A DNA stretch of 64,000 nucleotides, taken from IMG/VR virus record IMGVR_UViG_2623621010_000003; one strand, given 5' to 3'. The notes under the pieces were generated by a model. That model had not been told where the DNA came from. It was given only the letters and a program-made list of their open reading frames with translations, and searched no databases. The position numbers were made by a program, and so were the translations under genes. This document shows, piece after piece, positions 1-9,244 of the stretch. The DNA comes from an uncultured virus (IMG/VR IMGVR_UViG_2623621010_000003). Its lineage: Duplodnaviria; Heunggongvirae; Uroviricota; Caudoviricetes. The stretch's first letter is position 1; the number at the start of each line of letters is the position of its first letter.

Positions 1-243
1 TTAATTCAGTTTTGAAACATAAATCTCGTAATGTGGATTTGTATCCTTATTTGAAATGACTTCATCTATTACGTATTTTTCAACCATTCCATCGGGCAAT
101 GAATGGTGAAGAAAATCCCCCTCTTCAACAGGTACCTCTATGTCTTTACTAGTAATCATTATTGACTGAACGATACAATATTTTAAAACCAACTCCTCTC
201 CTGTACCATTTTTTATTAATTTTAAATCTATTCTATTCATCAC
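1..243 (-). CDS. hypothetical protein (80 aa)
   Basis: ORF track; AGGAG-like RBS upstream; no recognised family. Confidence 0.55.
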   Translation of the reverse strand: MMNRIDLKLIKNGTGEELVLKYCIVQSIMITSKDIEVPVEEGDFLHHSLPDGMVEKYVIDEVISNKDTNPHYEIYVSKLN

Positions 244-578
244 TTTAGGTCTCCTTTAAGTGATTAATTTATTCTAGATAAATCATTATGATTATTAGCA
301 TTTTGACATTAGGCTGTAAAGAAGAACTCTTTTCAGCATTAACCGATATTGTTTCATTTTGTTTATTAAATTTTACTATTTGGTCTAATTATATAAATAC
401 TAGTTTGAAAGTATAATTTTGCTTTAGATCTTTAGGAATGACTGATTATTTATGTGACTTTTACTCAGTTTTTTACTTCAAAGTATGCTATGTGTTTTAT
501 AGTACAAATCCTATTTATTTACTCATAACGTCAAACTTTCAGAGATTCTCATGATTTCATAAGTGAATTCTAGAAAGT

Positions 579-653
579 TTACGCTCTTTTACTGTAGACC
601 ATAATAGATACAGACCTCTTACTGCCACGCTGCCTAGGTTTAAGTAATTTCAT
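579..653 (-). pseudogene. N-terminal remnant of a tyrosine integrase
   Basis: Reads MKLLKPRQRGSKRSVSIMVYSKRA*, colinear with the N-terminus of the 41835-42860 integrase (MKMPKPVKRG...GKRV) and on the same side of an att copy, in the same orientation. Confidence 0.45.
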
Positions 654-861
654 ATGTACCCACCATCACAGCAAAATTGTATAAAAATTAATCACCACGT
701 TTTATTCAATGCGTTCCAACCCATTTTTGCCACAAATCCTGACACAAAATAAACTTTATTAATGAAATTAAATACAGCAATTAAAGGAGGTTAAACAAAT
801 AGAAGGCATTAAAAAAGGCTTATAAGCTACTGTTTTCACTTATAAACCTTTGATAAATATA

Positions 862-906
862 TGGTAGGCATATCCAGACTCGAACTGGAGACCTCTACGA
901 TGTCAA
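862..906 (-). repeat. att core = 3' half of tRNA-Val(GAC), left boundary of the P2-like prophage
   Basis: Minus strand TTGACATCGTAGAGGTCTCCAGTTCGAGTCTGGATATGCCTACCA (anticodon loop GAC, T-arm, CCA); identical 45-bp copy at 43005-43049; 5' half of the tRNA absent. Confidence 0.92.
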
Positions 907-1079
907 ATTCAGCGCATCTTATTTAAAAATAATGGCTTATATCAGGCTGGGGAAAATTTGGAGAATTTTCGCGATATATAGACAATGAAATAAAGTCCCA
1001 TAAATGATGATTGATCATTTAAAATACAATTTTAAGCAAATCTTAAAATAATTCTTAACTTTTGGGTATCGTTCAAAAG

Positions 1080-1360
1080 CTGTAACTAGAGTAACGATTT
1101 TTAAAAGTAGTACTTAATATATTGAAATAAATATAAATATTACCCTTAGAGATACTGTAACGATTGCGTGACGATTCTGTAACGAGTTACGATGTTTTAC
1201 TGTAACCCTCGGTTTCAAAATATATTATTTATTATCAATAATTTACTTAATTTTAAAGGCTTAGGGTTTCGCTGGGTTACGCACCTTGAGTAACCGTTTA
1301 AGTTATTGTTTATAAATTAATAAAATCTTGATTTAAGCGTTTTTTTGAAGGGGTTACAGA
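1080..1360. repeat. cluster of GTAAC/GTTAC repeats with IHF-like site; candidate replication origin
   Basis: About 10 (CT)GTAAC(GA) copies in both orientations in AT-rich non-coding DNA; TATCAATAATTTA (IHF consensus match) near 1233-1245. Confidence 0.45.
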
Positions 1361-1576
1361 ATTCGGGAAAGTCGTTTTGACCTTTGGATTCACCTACTTT
1401 TTCCTTGCTGTCTTAAAATCAGTTTTTCTTAGGTGCAGGGTTTTGCAGATTTGTCGGGATTTTTGCAGAACTGCTCTTTCCCCTGTTTTTTCTATGCCAA
1501 GCCCAGTCTATATAAGGTGTTGGGGGGAACTTTTTGTCCCGAAATTTTAAAGTGATTCCGAGACAAAAAGCCCGCA

Positions 1577-1595
1577 GGTGACGTGGGGGGTCAAC
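1577..1595 (+). other. candidate cos site
   Basis: GGTGACGTGGGGGGTCAAC partly resembles the P2 19-nt cos GGCGAGGCGGGGAAAGCAC and lies downstream of the portal gene as in P2. Confidence 0.45.
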
Positions 1596-1650
1596 CGCCC
1601 GTGTGAATCCTGAATGTGCAGGTCGCTGCACATTCGTAGGATGGTTAGGT

Positions 1651-1866
1651 TCATGGTTTTGTAGCTAGTTGCTGTCGAATCTCGTGGACTTGGAGGTGAA
1701 GGCTGCACATGATGGCATTGAACTCGTCACTTGGTATGCCATCGTCATAGTGCATGCGGGACATGGCGGAGATAAACAGCTCTAGCTTTTCTATGGAGTC
1801 ACCTACAGTTTCCAGTAGGTCTTCTAGGTCTGCTGGTGGGTTGCCTGCTTTAAGATGTGGAATCAT
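1651..1866 (-). CDS. small helical protein, paralog of 36112-36327
   Basis: Overlaps the rha stop; aligns with the 36112 protein (LE...LEL.ISA...MH.D....E..A....LH.QV..I). Confidence 0.75.
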   Translation of the reverse strand: MIPHLKAGNPPADLEDLLETVGDSIEKLELFISAMSRMHYDDGIPSDEFNAIMCSLHLQVHEIRQQLATKP

Positions 1867-2669
1867 GCTACACCTCCCAACTGTACTGCTGTTTGCTTGA
1901 ACACTATGCAGCGATGGGTTTTGTCATCTATCATGCTACGCACTGCATGACCGTGCTGTATGTAATGCGGGTATGGATAGGTACTGGCTGCTAGTTCTTG
2001 TATGAGTGCTTTGCTGTCTGGTAGTCCGTGAATGGCTGCGCAGACTTGCGGCAGGTTCAGTGCGATGTGGTCTGGCTTGTGGCTATGGTTGAGTAAGTGC
2101 AAGCCGTACTGCTGGATGGCTTCCCAAAAGTGGTGCAGGACTGCATTGTTCCCTGCGACCACTGGTACGACTGCATGTATAGACAGTGTGGTTTTGTGCA
2201 GTCGGTTGCTGAACCATGTGACTTCGACTTGGTCGAGTATGCCTTGTGCATTAGTCATGAGTTGGTTTACGGTAAGTTCTGGACTGCCTGAGTTTAGACG
2301 TACCTTTGTGCCGACTTGTATGCCCTGTTGCTCGATGAGTTGTTGGTTTTGGAGTAGTGTTGCCATGGCATTAAAGGCATTGATGAATGCGATTTTGATT
2401 TGCGCGGCTTTCTCTCCAGTAAAGCCCATAACCAAGAACATCCAACCGTCTTTGGTCATTTCGTACATCGGACGAGGTTTACCTTGTTCATCGATGTAAT
2501 TCGCCAGCTCAAAATTGAGCGCGCTAAAAGATTTTGCGCAATCTAAAGTTTCAATTGCACGTAAAACATTGGTATGTCTTTTACCAAATGCTTTAGCAAC
2601 TTTAAGGCTATCGGTTTTGATTTGTTGGTCTTGAATAAAGACAGCTTGGCTTAGGTCGAGTGCATTCAT
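1863..2669 (-). CDS. rha: Rha-family regulator fused to a DUF2158-like segment and a primase-CTD-like domain
   Basis: TDSLKVA..FGK.H..VL / YEMTKDG..FLVMGFTG.KA Rha motifs; start taken at MNALDL. Confidence 0.85.
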   Translation of the reverse strand: MNALDLSQAVFIQDQQIKTDSLKVAKAFGKRHTNVLRAIETLDCAKSFSALNFELANYIDEQGKPRPMYEMTKDGWMFLVMGFTGEKAAQIKIAFINAFNAMATLLQNQQLIEQQGIQVGTKVRLNSGSPELTVNQLMTNAQGILDQVEVTWFSNRLHKTTLSIHAVVPVVAGNNAVLHHFWEAIQQYGLHLLNHSHKPDHIALNLPQVCAAIHGLPDSKALIQELAASTYPYPHYIQHGHAVRSMIDDKTHRCIVFKQTAVQLGGVA

Positions 2670-2797
2670 TTTGCACCGCCTTTCACCCAACGGATGATAC
2701 GTACTTTTAAACTAAGTTTTTGCGCAAAGTCTGGAGAGGTTAAACGTTGGAAACAGATTTCATTTAGGCATACTGGTGCCTGAGTATTATTCTTCAT
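2666..2797 (-). CDS. small leader ORF (43 aa, icd-like position) upstream of rha
   Basis: MKNNTQAPV...VKGGAK*, ATGA overlap with the rha start; its RBS region overlaps a C4 target. Confidence 0.6.
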   Translation of the reverse strand: MKNNTQAPVCLNEICFQRLTSPDFAQKLSLKVRIIRWVKGGAK

Positions 2798-2843
2798 AAG
2801 AAAACCCTTTTGTATCAGTGTTTTCTGCTACCCCACGCCAATA

Positions 2844-2920
2844 GGGTGGCAGACTGAATGAAGTTGGCGTACCGCTACAAAAGGAAACGGTGGACAAAGT
2901 CCCATCATCCAGCCTGCCAT
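2844..2920 (-). ncRNA. c4: C4-type antisense RNA (copy 1)
   Basis: Long stem 2847-2861/2905-2919; loops CCUUUUGUA and ACGCCAA complementary to target pairs at 2979-3002 and 2806-2841. Confidence 0.75.
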
Positions 2921-3027
2921 AACAAAGTCATGACTGACCTTCAGACAAAAAAATACCGCTTTAGCAGCGGTTTGTCTGCCTTTTGTATATTCGAGACGCC
3001 AATCTCGACCACGATGTAGGTGGTATT

Positions 3028-3059
3028 TTTAGAGTAGCTTAGATACTATGAGCCGTCAA
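3028..3059 (-). promoter_or_regulatory. promoter/operator of C4-rha operon 1
   Basis: TTGACG...TACTCT; 22 bp (3028-3049) identical in reverse complement to 34713-34734. Confidence 0.6.
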
Positions 3060-3082
3060 CAATAAATAATAGGCTTAATACT

Positions 3083-4495
3083 TTGAATACAGCAGTAAAT
3101 ACAGAAGATATTTCTTATAAGTTCATTAAAGACAGTTCAGATAAAATCGAAACGCCATTTGAAAATGATTTTTGGGGACGTGAAGCATTAGCAGATCGAT
3201 TAACAGACCATGTCTCACGTATTACTGTTGGAGCCACTATCGCCATTGATGCTGAATGGGGAGCTGGAAAATCTTGGTTTGTAAATAACTGGAAAGCGAA
3301 ACTAGAACAAAATGATTTTAAAGTTATTTATTTGAATGCATTTAATCAGGATTATATTGATGACCCTTTTCTAACTATATCAATGGAAATTGCGAATTGT
3401 CTCAAAACTGAAGAAGATGACCTTAGTACAGTTAAAGAAAAAATCGGTGACGCCTATAGAGCAATATTGCCTAATTTGCCAATGCTACTCTGGTATTTGA
3501 CAACATCATTAGCAGGTATGGGTGCAATTGCTAAACCCATTGCTGATATTATTGAAACTCTTAAAGATACTGGTAAATTAGGTGAAGAAGCAGGAAAACT
3601 ACTTAATGAAAAACTACAAGAGCATCTTTCTGCACAAGTTGAAAATTACGATAAAGAAAAGAAATCGTTAGAATATTTTAAAGAGGCTTTATCTGCTGTT
3701 ACATCTAAATTAGATACCCCTTTAGTATTTATTGTTGATGAACTTGATCGCTGTAAGCCAGAATTTGCAATTCGTTTAATTGAACGTATTAAGCATTTTT
3801 TTGATATTCCGAAAGTCGTATTCATTCTTGCTGTAAATAAGACTCAACTAGAAGAATCAATTAATAATTTTTATGGGTTTACAAACACTGCAAACTATTT
3901 AGAAAAATTTATAGATTTTTCTATAATGTTAAAAAGTAAAGACTTAGATGGTAATAGATACTCTGAAATTTTAAATAGCTATAATCATGATTTCCAATTA
4001 ACTTTAGATGACATCGAAATTCATACTTACATGAATTTATGCAAAATATACACACCTAACCCCCGACAACTAATACGTATTATTAACAAGTTTTCATTAT
4101 TGAAAGATAATCTAGATAATAGAAAAAAAACATTTCTTTTTTTATTTTTACTTTACTCTGAAATGAGATTACTTGATATATACAGTGAGCAACCTTTTAT
4201 TGATCACTTCTATGATCAACATCTTAAATTTCATGAAAAAAGATTTAAACTTTATTCAAGGGACCGTAGTAACCCTCGTAGCGAAGTTGGTAAGCTATGT
4301 GATTTCCTTGACTACCATGTTTACTCACTCAAGGGAAAATCATCTTTATTTGAATTATTTTTTTATTATATAGAGTATATTAAATCATCAAATAATGATT
4401 ATACAGAATGTAAACAATCTTATTACCCTACAGTTAATACTGAAAATGACTTGATTGATGAGTGGCATAAATATGTGCATATGATTGAGGGTTAA
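3083..4495 (+). CDS. KAP-family P-loop NTPase
   Basis: Walker A IAIDAEWGAGKS, Walker B VFIVDELDRCKP, YLEKFID motif; AT-rich. Confidence 0.88.
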   Translation: MNTAVNTEDISYKFIKDSSDKIETPFENDFWGREALADRLTDHVSRITVGATIAIDAEWGAGKSWFVNNWKAKLEQNDFKVIYLNAFNQDYIDDPFLTISMEIANCLKTEEDDLSTVKEKIGDAYRAILPNLPMLLWYLTTSLAGMGAIAKPIADIIETLKDTGKLGEEAGKLLNEKLQEHLSAQVENYDKEKKSLEYFKEALSAVTSKLDTPLVFIVDELDRCKPEFAIRLIERIKHFFDIPKVVFILAVNKTQLEESINNFYGFTNTANYLEKFIDFSIMLKSKDLDGNRYSEILNSYNHDFQLTLDDIEIHTYMNLCKIYTPNPRQLIRIINKFSLLKDNLDNRKKTFLFLFLLYSEMRLLDIYSEQPFIDHFYDQHLKFHEKRFKLYSRDRSNPRSEVGKLCDFLDYHVYSLKGKSSLFELFFYYIEYIKSSNNDYTECKQSYYPTVNTENDLIDEWHKYVHMIEG

Positions 4496-4521
4496 AAAAA
4501 GGGCTTTATGCCCTCTTTTTT
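4494..4521. terminator. bidirectional intrinsic terminator
   Basis: AAAAAAAGGGC-TTTAT-GCCCTCTTTTTT between convergent genes. Confidence 0.7.
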
Positions 4522-6049
4522 AAATATAATAACTCATGAGTTCACTATAAGACTTATAGTCCATTTTATATTTTAATAAGACCAATACTGTTTCTAAATT
4601 TTTATTAGCATGTAAATCATGAAATATTTGATCAACTTCATTTATATCATTTTCTAATTTTATAATTTGCTTTTTTTCTTCTTCAAGCATGCTTTTTAAT
4701 TTATGCAAAGAAGATTCTATAGAATTTAATAAATTATCACTAAATTTACTAGCATCTTCTTTAGGCTGATTCTCTATTTTTAATATCTCTGCATTTAAAT
4801 TATCTATAATTGTTTTTTTACCAATTATCAATTGATTATTTAATGTATAAATACTACTTATAGAGCCTTTAATTACATCCGCATTATAGCTTGTCATAAT
4901 ATCATTATATTTATACTCTTTTAAAAAACCATTAATTTGGTATTTCTTTTCTGGCATGTAGTTCGCACTAGATTTAACATAACCAACTTTTTCCAAATTA
5001 ATCAAAATATTATTATAGTCAGATAAACTCATATTTTTTCTAGTAAGATAAATTTCTCTGAAATAAACCATCCACACTGCATTACCCTGATATGCATTTT
5101 TAGAATATAAATATGCATTTTTTGATAGCGTATTAATTACATTTTCATATCTCTTATAATCTATTTCCATAAATTCAAAAAAACCATATTTTTCAAAATA
5201 TAATTTGTGCTTAACATCCCCCCTCATTGACATTCCATAGAAAAACAATGCTTCATATTCATATTGACTAAGTGCAGACTTAAACATGTACATATATTTA
5301 TTTTTCTTAGAATCTGAAATCCCTTGTAGAACATCCCCATCAAATTGATCAAATCCAGAATTTATAAAATCCATTATCTGAAAGCAAATATTATAAAATC
5401 CACCCCAATAAATTATAACACCATCAAGAAAATCATTTAGATACGATTCAGCATAGTTCAATTTATAATGCATTATTCCAGCTCTTAGTGCATCTTTACC
5501 ATTATATTCCTGAACTCCTATATTTAAGTCGTTATCTAATATTTTTGGCGAAAATTTTAAGTTTGATACAATGTCATTTTTGGAACGAAATAATTCAAAT
5601 AGGACATTTTCAAAGTTTTGTATTGTTATTTGTCTTTGTTGTACTTCCAATGTTATCTTTTGAGACTCAACAATTTCTTTTTGAATTTTAATATTTTCGC
5701 CTTCTAGCCTAGCAATTGCCTCTTGATGTCTTGCAGATTCCTGTTGCGCAAGAGCTGCTTTACTTAATTCCTCGCGAGTTTCTTTTAATTCTTTAATTTG
5801 TAATCGAACAGAATAAGTTAGCCAATAAAAAGCAAAAAGTGCAAAAATTGGATTAAGAATGCCACCAAAGAAATCTCCAAATGTTCCCCATTGTTCTAGA
5901 CTTTCTGATAAAGGCACTTGATTTGTAGCAATCGCCACATAAAACAAAGCAACTAATAGTATTAAATATTTGACCAATGATCTGTGAGAATTGATATCTC
6001 TATCAATTTTTTCTAAATCATCATTGTCTTTTTTATTCATTTGGTTCAT
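4520..6049 (-). CDS. putative phage abortive-infection protein (putAbiC-like) with N-terminal TMs
   Basis: WGTFGDFFGG.LNP TM motif, coiled coil, QNFENVLFEL, KY...FKSALSQYE..LFFY motifs. Confidence 0.7.
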   Translation of the reverse strand: MNQMNKKDNDDLEKIDRDINSHRSLVKYLILLVALFYVAIATNQVPLSESLEQWGTFGDFFGGILNPIFALFAFYWLTYSVRLQIKELKETREELSKAALAQQESARHQEAIARLEGENIKIQKEIVESQKITLEVQQRQITIQNFENVLFELFRSKNDIVSNLKFSPKILDNDLNIGVQEYNGKDALRAGIMHYKLNYAESYLNDFLDGVIIYWGGFYNICFQIMDFINSGFDQFDGDVLQGISDSKKNKYMYMFKSALSQYEYEALFFYGMSMRGDVKHKLYFEKYGFFEFMEIDYKRYENVINTLSKNAYLYSKNAYQGNAVWMVYFREIYLTRKNMSLSDYNNILINLEKVGYVKSSANYMPEKKYQINGFLKEYKYNDIMTSYNADVIKGSISSIYTLNNQLIIGKKTIIDNLNAEILKIENQPKEDASKFSDNLLNSIESSLHKLKSMLEEEKKQIIKLENDINEVDQIFHDLHANKNLETVLVLLKYKMDYKSYSELMSYYI

Positions 6050-6127
6050 ATCGAATTATTAGCAAGTAGATCAATTCAAGTCACAAGTATAATTTGATAC
6101 GCAGTATCTATCTATTTATTAATACTT

Positions 6128-6232
6128 TTATTTGAGAAAATAAGTCAGTGCACAAATAAATGGACTAGCAGCAATCAAAAGAATTGCTGTCCCAACACAA
6201 AATCTTAAATATGGCGATAACATTATTTCCAT
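6128..6232 (-). CDS. small hydrophobic peptide (34 aa)
   Basis: GAGG RBS; MEIMLSPYLRFCVGTAILLIAASPFICALTYFLK; directly downstream of portal. Confidence 0.5.
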   Translation of the reverse strand: MEIMLSPYLRFCVGTAILLIAASPFICALTYFLK

Positions 6233-6254
6233 TTGAATACCTCTTAAAACTTCT

Positions 6255-7283
6255 TTATTTTTCATTCAAAAGCTTGCCACGAACTTCAGCATAAGACTTA
6301 AACGTAATGAGCTTCTGTCCTGCCCATTCATTGACTTGATCTGCTATACGGTGCTGAAGCGGAATAATTTCTGAATTCCAATGCACCTGTTCTGCTTCCG
6401 TAATTGACCCAAAACCACCCGTATTATTAGGAATAATGCCAAGTAACTGAGGTGGAGTACGCATAGCTGCCAAAATGTCATCCCGCGTAATAGACTTAAT
6501 ATGTGCAAACTCATCCTTTGCTGCCACTTCCGAAACGGGTATCAACTTAATACCATCGGGCTTACCACTCGGTGAGTACAAAAACAGATTTCTAAAATTC
6601 CCTGGTCCTTTACTGTCTTTAAGTGCCTGACGTAAATTGTTTACATCTTCTTCATTCTGCTGTGGATCGGTCAGGTACAAAATAAATCCAGCATGTGAAC
6701 CATTGTTGTAGTACTTACGACGGAACAAAGTCGCAGACTCATTTAGCCAAGCAGACTGCAAAGCCGCCAAATATTCAGGTGTGCCATACACTTCCTGATT
6801 AATATCGCACTCACGTACCTGAAAAACTGAATCTCGCTCAAAATGGTGGTACTTCCAGTTTTCCGTAATCATTAAAAACTCTTTCGGGTCTTGCTTACGT
6901 CGCATGTATTTGGCTAAAGGCGTAGTGACCTGCACCACTTGGTTAGAGCGACTTTTTATGGCTTCCACATAGCCCATACCAAACACCAAAAAGTCCATAA
7001 CCAATTGTTCAAAGGCTTTGGAAGACATCAACTTATTCGGCTTAAATGCAGAAACCAACTGATTACGTTTATAAATAATGGCGGTCGACAAATAAGGCGT
7101 AGAACGGAAAGACTTTGCCAAACCCTCTAAACTCACTGGTGGCTCATAGTAAGTACCATTCCAGTACACCTGAAACATACTCATGTAGTCATGCGTATTT
7201 AGAACAGGTTCAGGGTCACCAAAGGTAAAGGCTTGAATGGCATTATTTTGCGCCACAGCAGGCAAGTTTTGAGTTTCAGACAT
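6255..7283 (-). CDS. Q: portal protein (P2 gpQ-like)
   Basis: AFTFGDPEPVL, LNESATLFRRKYY.NGSHAGFI, KGPGNFRNLF. Confidence 0.95.
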   Translation of the reverse strand: MSETQNLPAVAQNNAIQAFTFGDPEPVLNTHDYMSMFQVYWNGTYYEPPVSLEGLAKSFRSTPYLSTAIIYKRNQLVSAFKPNKLMSSKAFEQLVMDFLVFGMGYVEAIKSRSNQVVQVTTPLAKYMRRKQDPKEFLMITENWKYHHFERDSVFQVRECDINQEVYGTPEYLAALQSAWLNESATLFRRKYYNNGSHAGFILYLTDPQQNEEDVNNLRQALKDSKGPGNFRNLFLYSPSGKPDGIKLIPVSEVAAKDEFAHIKSITRDDILAAMRTPPQLLGIIPNNTGGFGSITEAEQVHWNSEIIPLQHRIADQVNEWAGQKLITFKSYAEVRGKLLNEK

Positions 7284-9067
7284 TAGAATATTTCCATTGC
7301 AGCAGTATTGTGGACGTTACGCCCTTCCAGTGGTTCATTGGCAAAGACATGCATACACGCCCAAGCAAGGTCGGCATGCCCGACTTCCTCCGAACGTGTG
7401 GCTTCAAAAGTGAATTGACGACCTGAACCAGTCATGGTCTTTTTAATGGCCATAAAGCTTTGCGCGACATCGGTCCAGCCTGCATCAAACTCAAAACGCC
7501 CTTGATGCACCACATCCATAGCTTTGAGTACCAACATGGTTTTAACTTCGACCGAATAGCTAAAGGTGGTCAGTGCTGGGAAGAACTGGCGTACCAATTG
7601 GGCTACGCCTGTTCCCATGCCTGTAGTGTCTAAACCTATGTAGGTCACACGGTAGTTTTCACAGACTTTTTTGATGTAAGCCGCCTGAGCCTGAAAATCC
7701 ATGCCTTTGAATTGATGACGTTCCAGTAAGCGGAATTTTGGGTAATTGATGGATGGCGGTGCGATGACCACTAAGCCTGCGGTATCACCTGTTTCGGCAG
7801 GGTCATAACCGACCCATACTTCCTGATAGCCAAATGGACGCAGTGCCAAAGGTTTAAAGTCTCTGTCCCAGAGTACCCATGAGTCCACCATGCACGGTTG
7901 CATGACTGAAAGTGGAAAGACTGAATGCCCATCGTCCATGAACATACACATGAGCAAGTTGGCAAAACTTTCTGCCGAATACTCAAAGCGTAATTCATCA
8001 ATATCGAACAGGTCGCAGCCACCGCGTTCGGCATCTAAAATGGTGACAATCTGTCGCCAAATTTTGTCTTCACACAGTCGACCATCTTTTAAGGCTTCAT
8101 GGCTGACATCAATGTTTAGGCGTTTGTCTTTAGCTCTGCCTTTGTTAAAGATTTCCCCTGTCCAGAAGTTATAGGCTTCGTGGCTTTTTGAAGATGGTGT
8201 GGAGAAATAGGTTTTGCGCCAGCGTTTATGCATTGCCATACCAGAAGCAACTTTCTGTAAGGTCTGGAAGCCATGCACCCAAAAGTATTCATCGAAATAA
8301 AAATTGCCGTGGAAGCCCTGAGCAGTTTTGGCGTTGGTGCCTAAGAATATAAGTTCTGAAGGTGGACCTTCTTCAAAGTTAAGGACGATTGGATCGCCTT
8401 GTAAATCCAGATCAATCGACTCCGCGGCAAAGGACTTAATGTAGGATTTGAAAACATGTGCCTGTGCTTTGGAGGCAGAAAGGAAAATCTGATTGCCCCC
8501 GCCTGTAATGGCATCGACAAAGGCTTCACGTCCGAAGTAATAGGTTGCCCCAATTTGGCGGCTTTTTAAGATATTGCGTGAACGCTGATTTTTAGCTTTG
8601 AACCATGTGCGTTGGTAGTCGAATAGCCCTTCTTCAAAATCTGCCTGAACCTTTTCAATCATTGCCTGAGTAATGAGATTACGCTTCGGCATCTTCTTCG
8701 GTTTGGCATTACGGTTTTGAATTTTTGGGTTAATGTCGGCTTCATTACCGCCATCGGTCAGGTATTTTTCGCGTCGTGCGTATTTGTCTTTTTGACGTTC
8801 TAACAGGTCGATTTCTTTAAAATCGCCTGGTGTTTTTTTCTCTAGCAAATACAAGGTACACAGACGGGCTTCGAGTGCCTGAGCTGCAATTCCTTCAGGT
8901 GCGTCTTTGTCCCATTCATCACGGGCTTTCCATGAGTGAACGGTCTTTTCATTTTCCTGAAGGTATTCAGCAATACTGCTAATACGCCAACCCATCCAGT
9001 AAAGGAACTTTGCCTTTACTCGGTTATCAAATGTTAGCTCGAAGCGTTCGGTGTCAAATGTATTCAT
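7283..9067 (-). CDS. P: terminase ATPase subunit (gpP)
   Basis: ILKSRQIGAT, YFDEYFW, GYDP, GHADLAWA; start at MNTFDTE. Confidence 0.95.
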   Translation of the reverse strand: MNTFDTERFELTFDNRVKAKFLYWMGWRISSIAEYLQENEKTVHSWKARDEWDKDAPEGIAAQALEARLCTLYLLEKKTPGDFKEIDLLERQKDKYARREKYLTDGGNEADINPKIQNRNAKPKKMPKRNLITQAMIEKVQADFEEGLFDYQRTWFKAKNQRSRNILKSRQIGATYYFGREAFVDAITGGGNQIFLSASKAQAHVFKSYIKSFAAESIDLDLQGDPIVLNFEEGPPSELIFLGTNAKTAQGFHGNFYFDEYFWVHGFQTLQKVASGMAMHKRWRKTYFSTPSSKSHEAYNFWTGEIFNKGRAKDKRLNIDVSHEALKDGRLCEDKIWRQIVTILDAERGGCDLFDIDELRFEYSAESFANLLMCMFMDDGHSVFPLSVMQPCMVDSWVLWDRDFKPLALRPFGYQEVWVGYDPAETGDTAGLVVIAPPSINYPKFRLLERHQFKGMDFQAQAAYIKKVCENYRVTYIGLDTTGMGTGVAQLVRQFFPALTTFSYSVEVKTMLVLKAMDVVHQGRFEFDAGWTDVAQSFMAIKKTMTGSGRQFTFEATRSEEVGHADLAWACMHVFANEPLEGRNVHNTAAMEIF

Positions 9068-9111
9068 GCGCCAATTAAAGCAACGCACTTTACACAATGC
9101 TTGATTTGGCT

Positions 9112-9134
9112 TTTGTAGCATCCCCTCTTACAAA
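9112..9134. promoter_or_regulatory. Ogr-type late-promoter box (P side)
   Basis: TTTGTAGCATCCCCTCTTACAAA (TGT-N13-ACA dyad), 5 copies in this prophage. Confidence 0.75.
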
Positions 9135-9244
9135 GAAGGTTTATTTAAAAGTTTGGATAACGTTGGCAATAGCTGTAAGGATTGGAGCAAGTTTGGATTT
9201 GTAAAACAAATTAAAACATTGAATTATATTAAATAAAAAGTTAA

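Noticed and set aside
271..296. Possible pdif site upstream of the 1-243 gene (ATTCTAGATAA-ATCA-TTATGATTATT)
   Set aside because: Spacer is 4 bp instead of 6 and both arms are degenerate in very AT-rich DNA.
862..906. Intact tRNA-Val gene (also at 43005-43049)
   Set aside because: Only the anticodon loop to CCA is present; the adjacent sequence does not supply the D-arm or acceptor 5' strand.
1080..1360. CRISPR array
   Set aside because: Repeats are 5-10 bp, irregularly spaced and in both orientations; no cas genes.
1419..1631. 70-aa ORF
   Set aside because: Overlaps the candidate cos region; no family signal, likely spurious.
2032..2499. Antisense and alternative-frame ORFs overlapping rha and many structural genes
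   Set aside because: Shadow ORFs of well-supported genes with no motifs.
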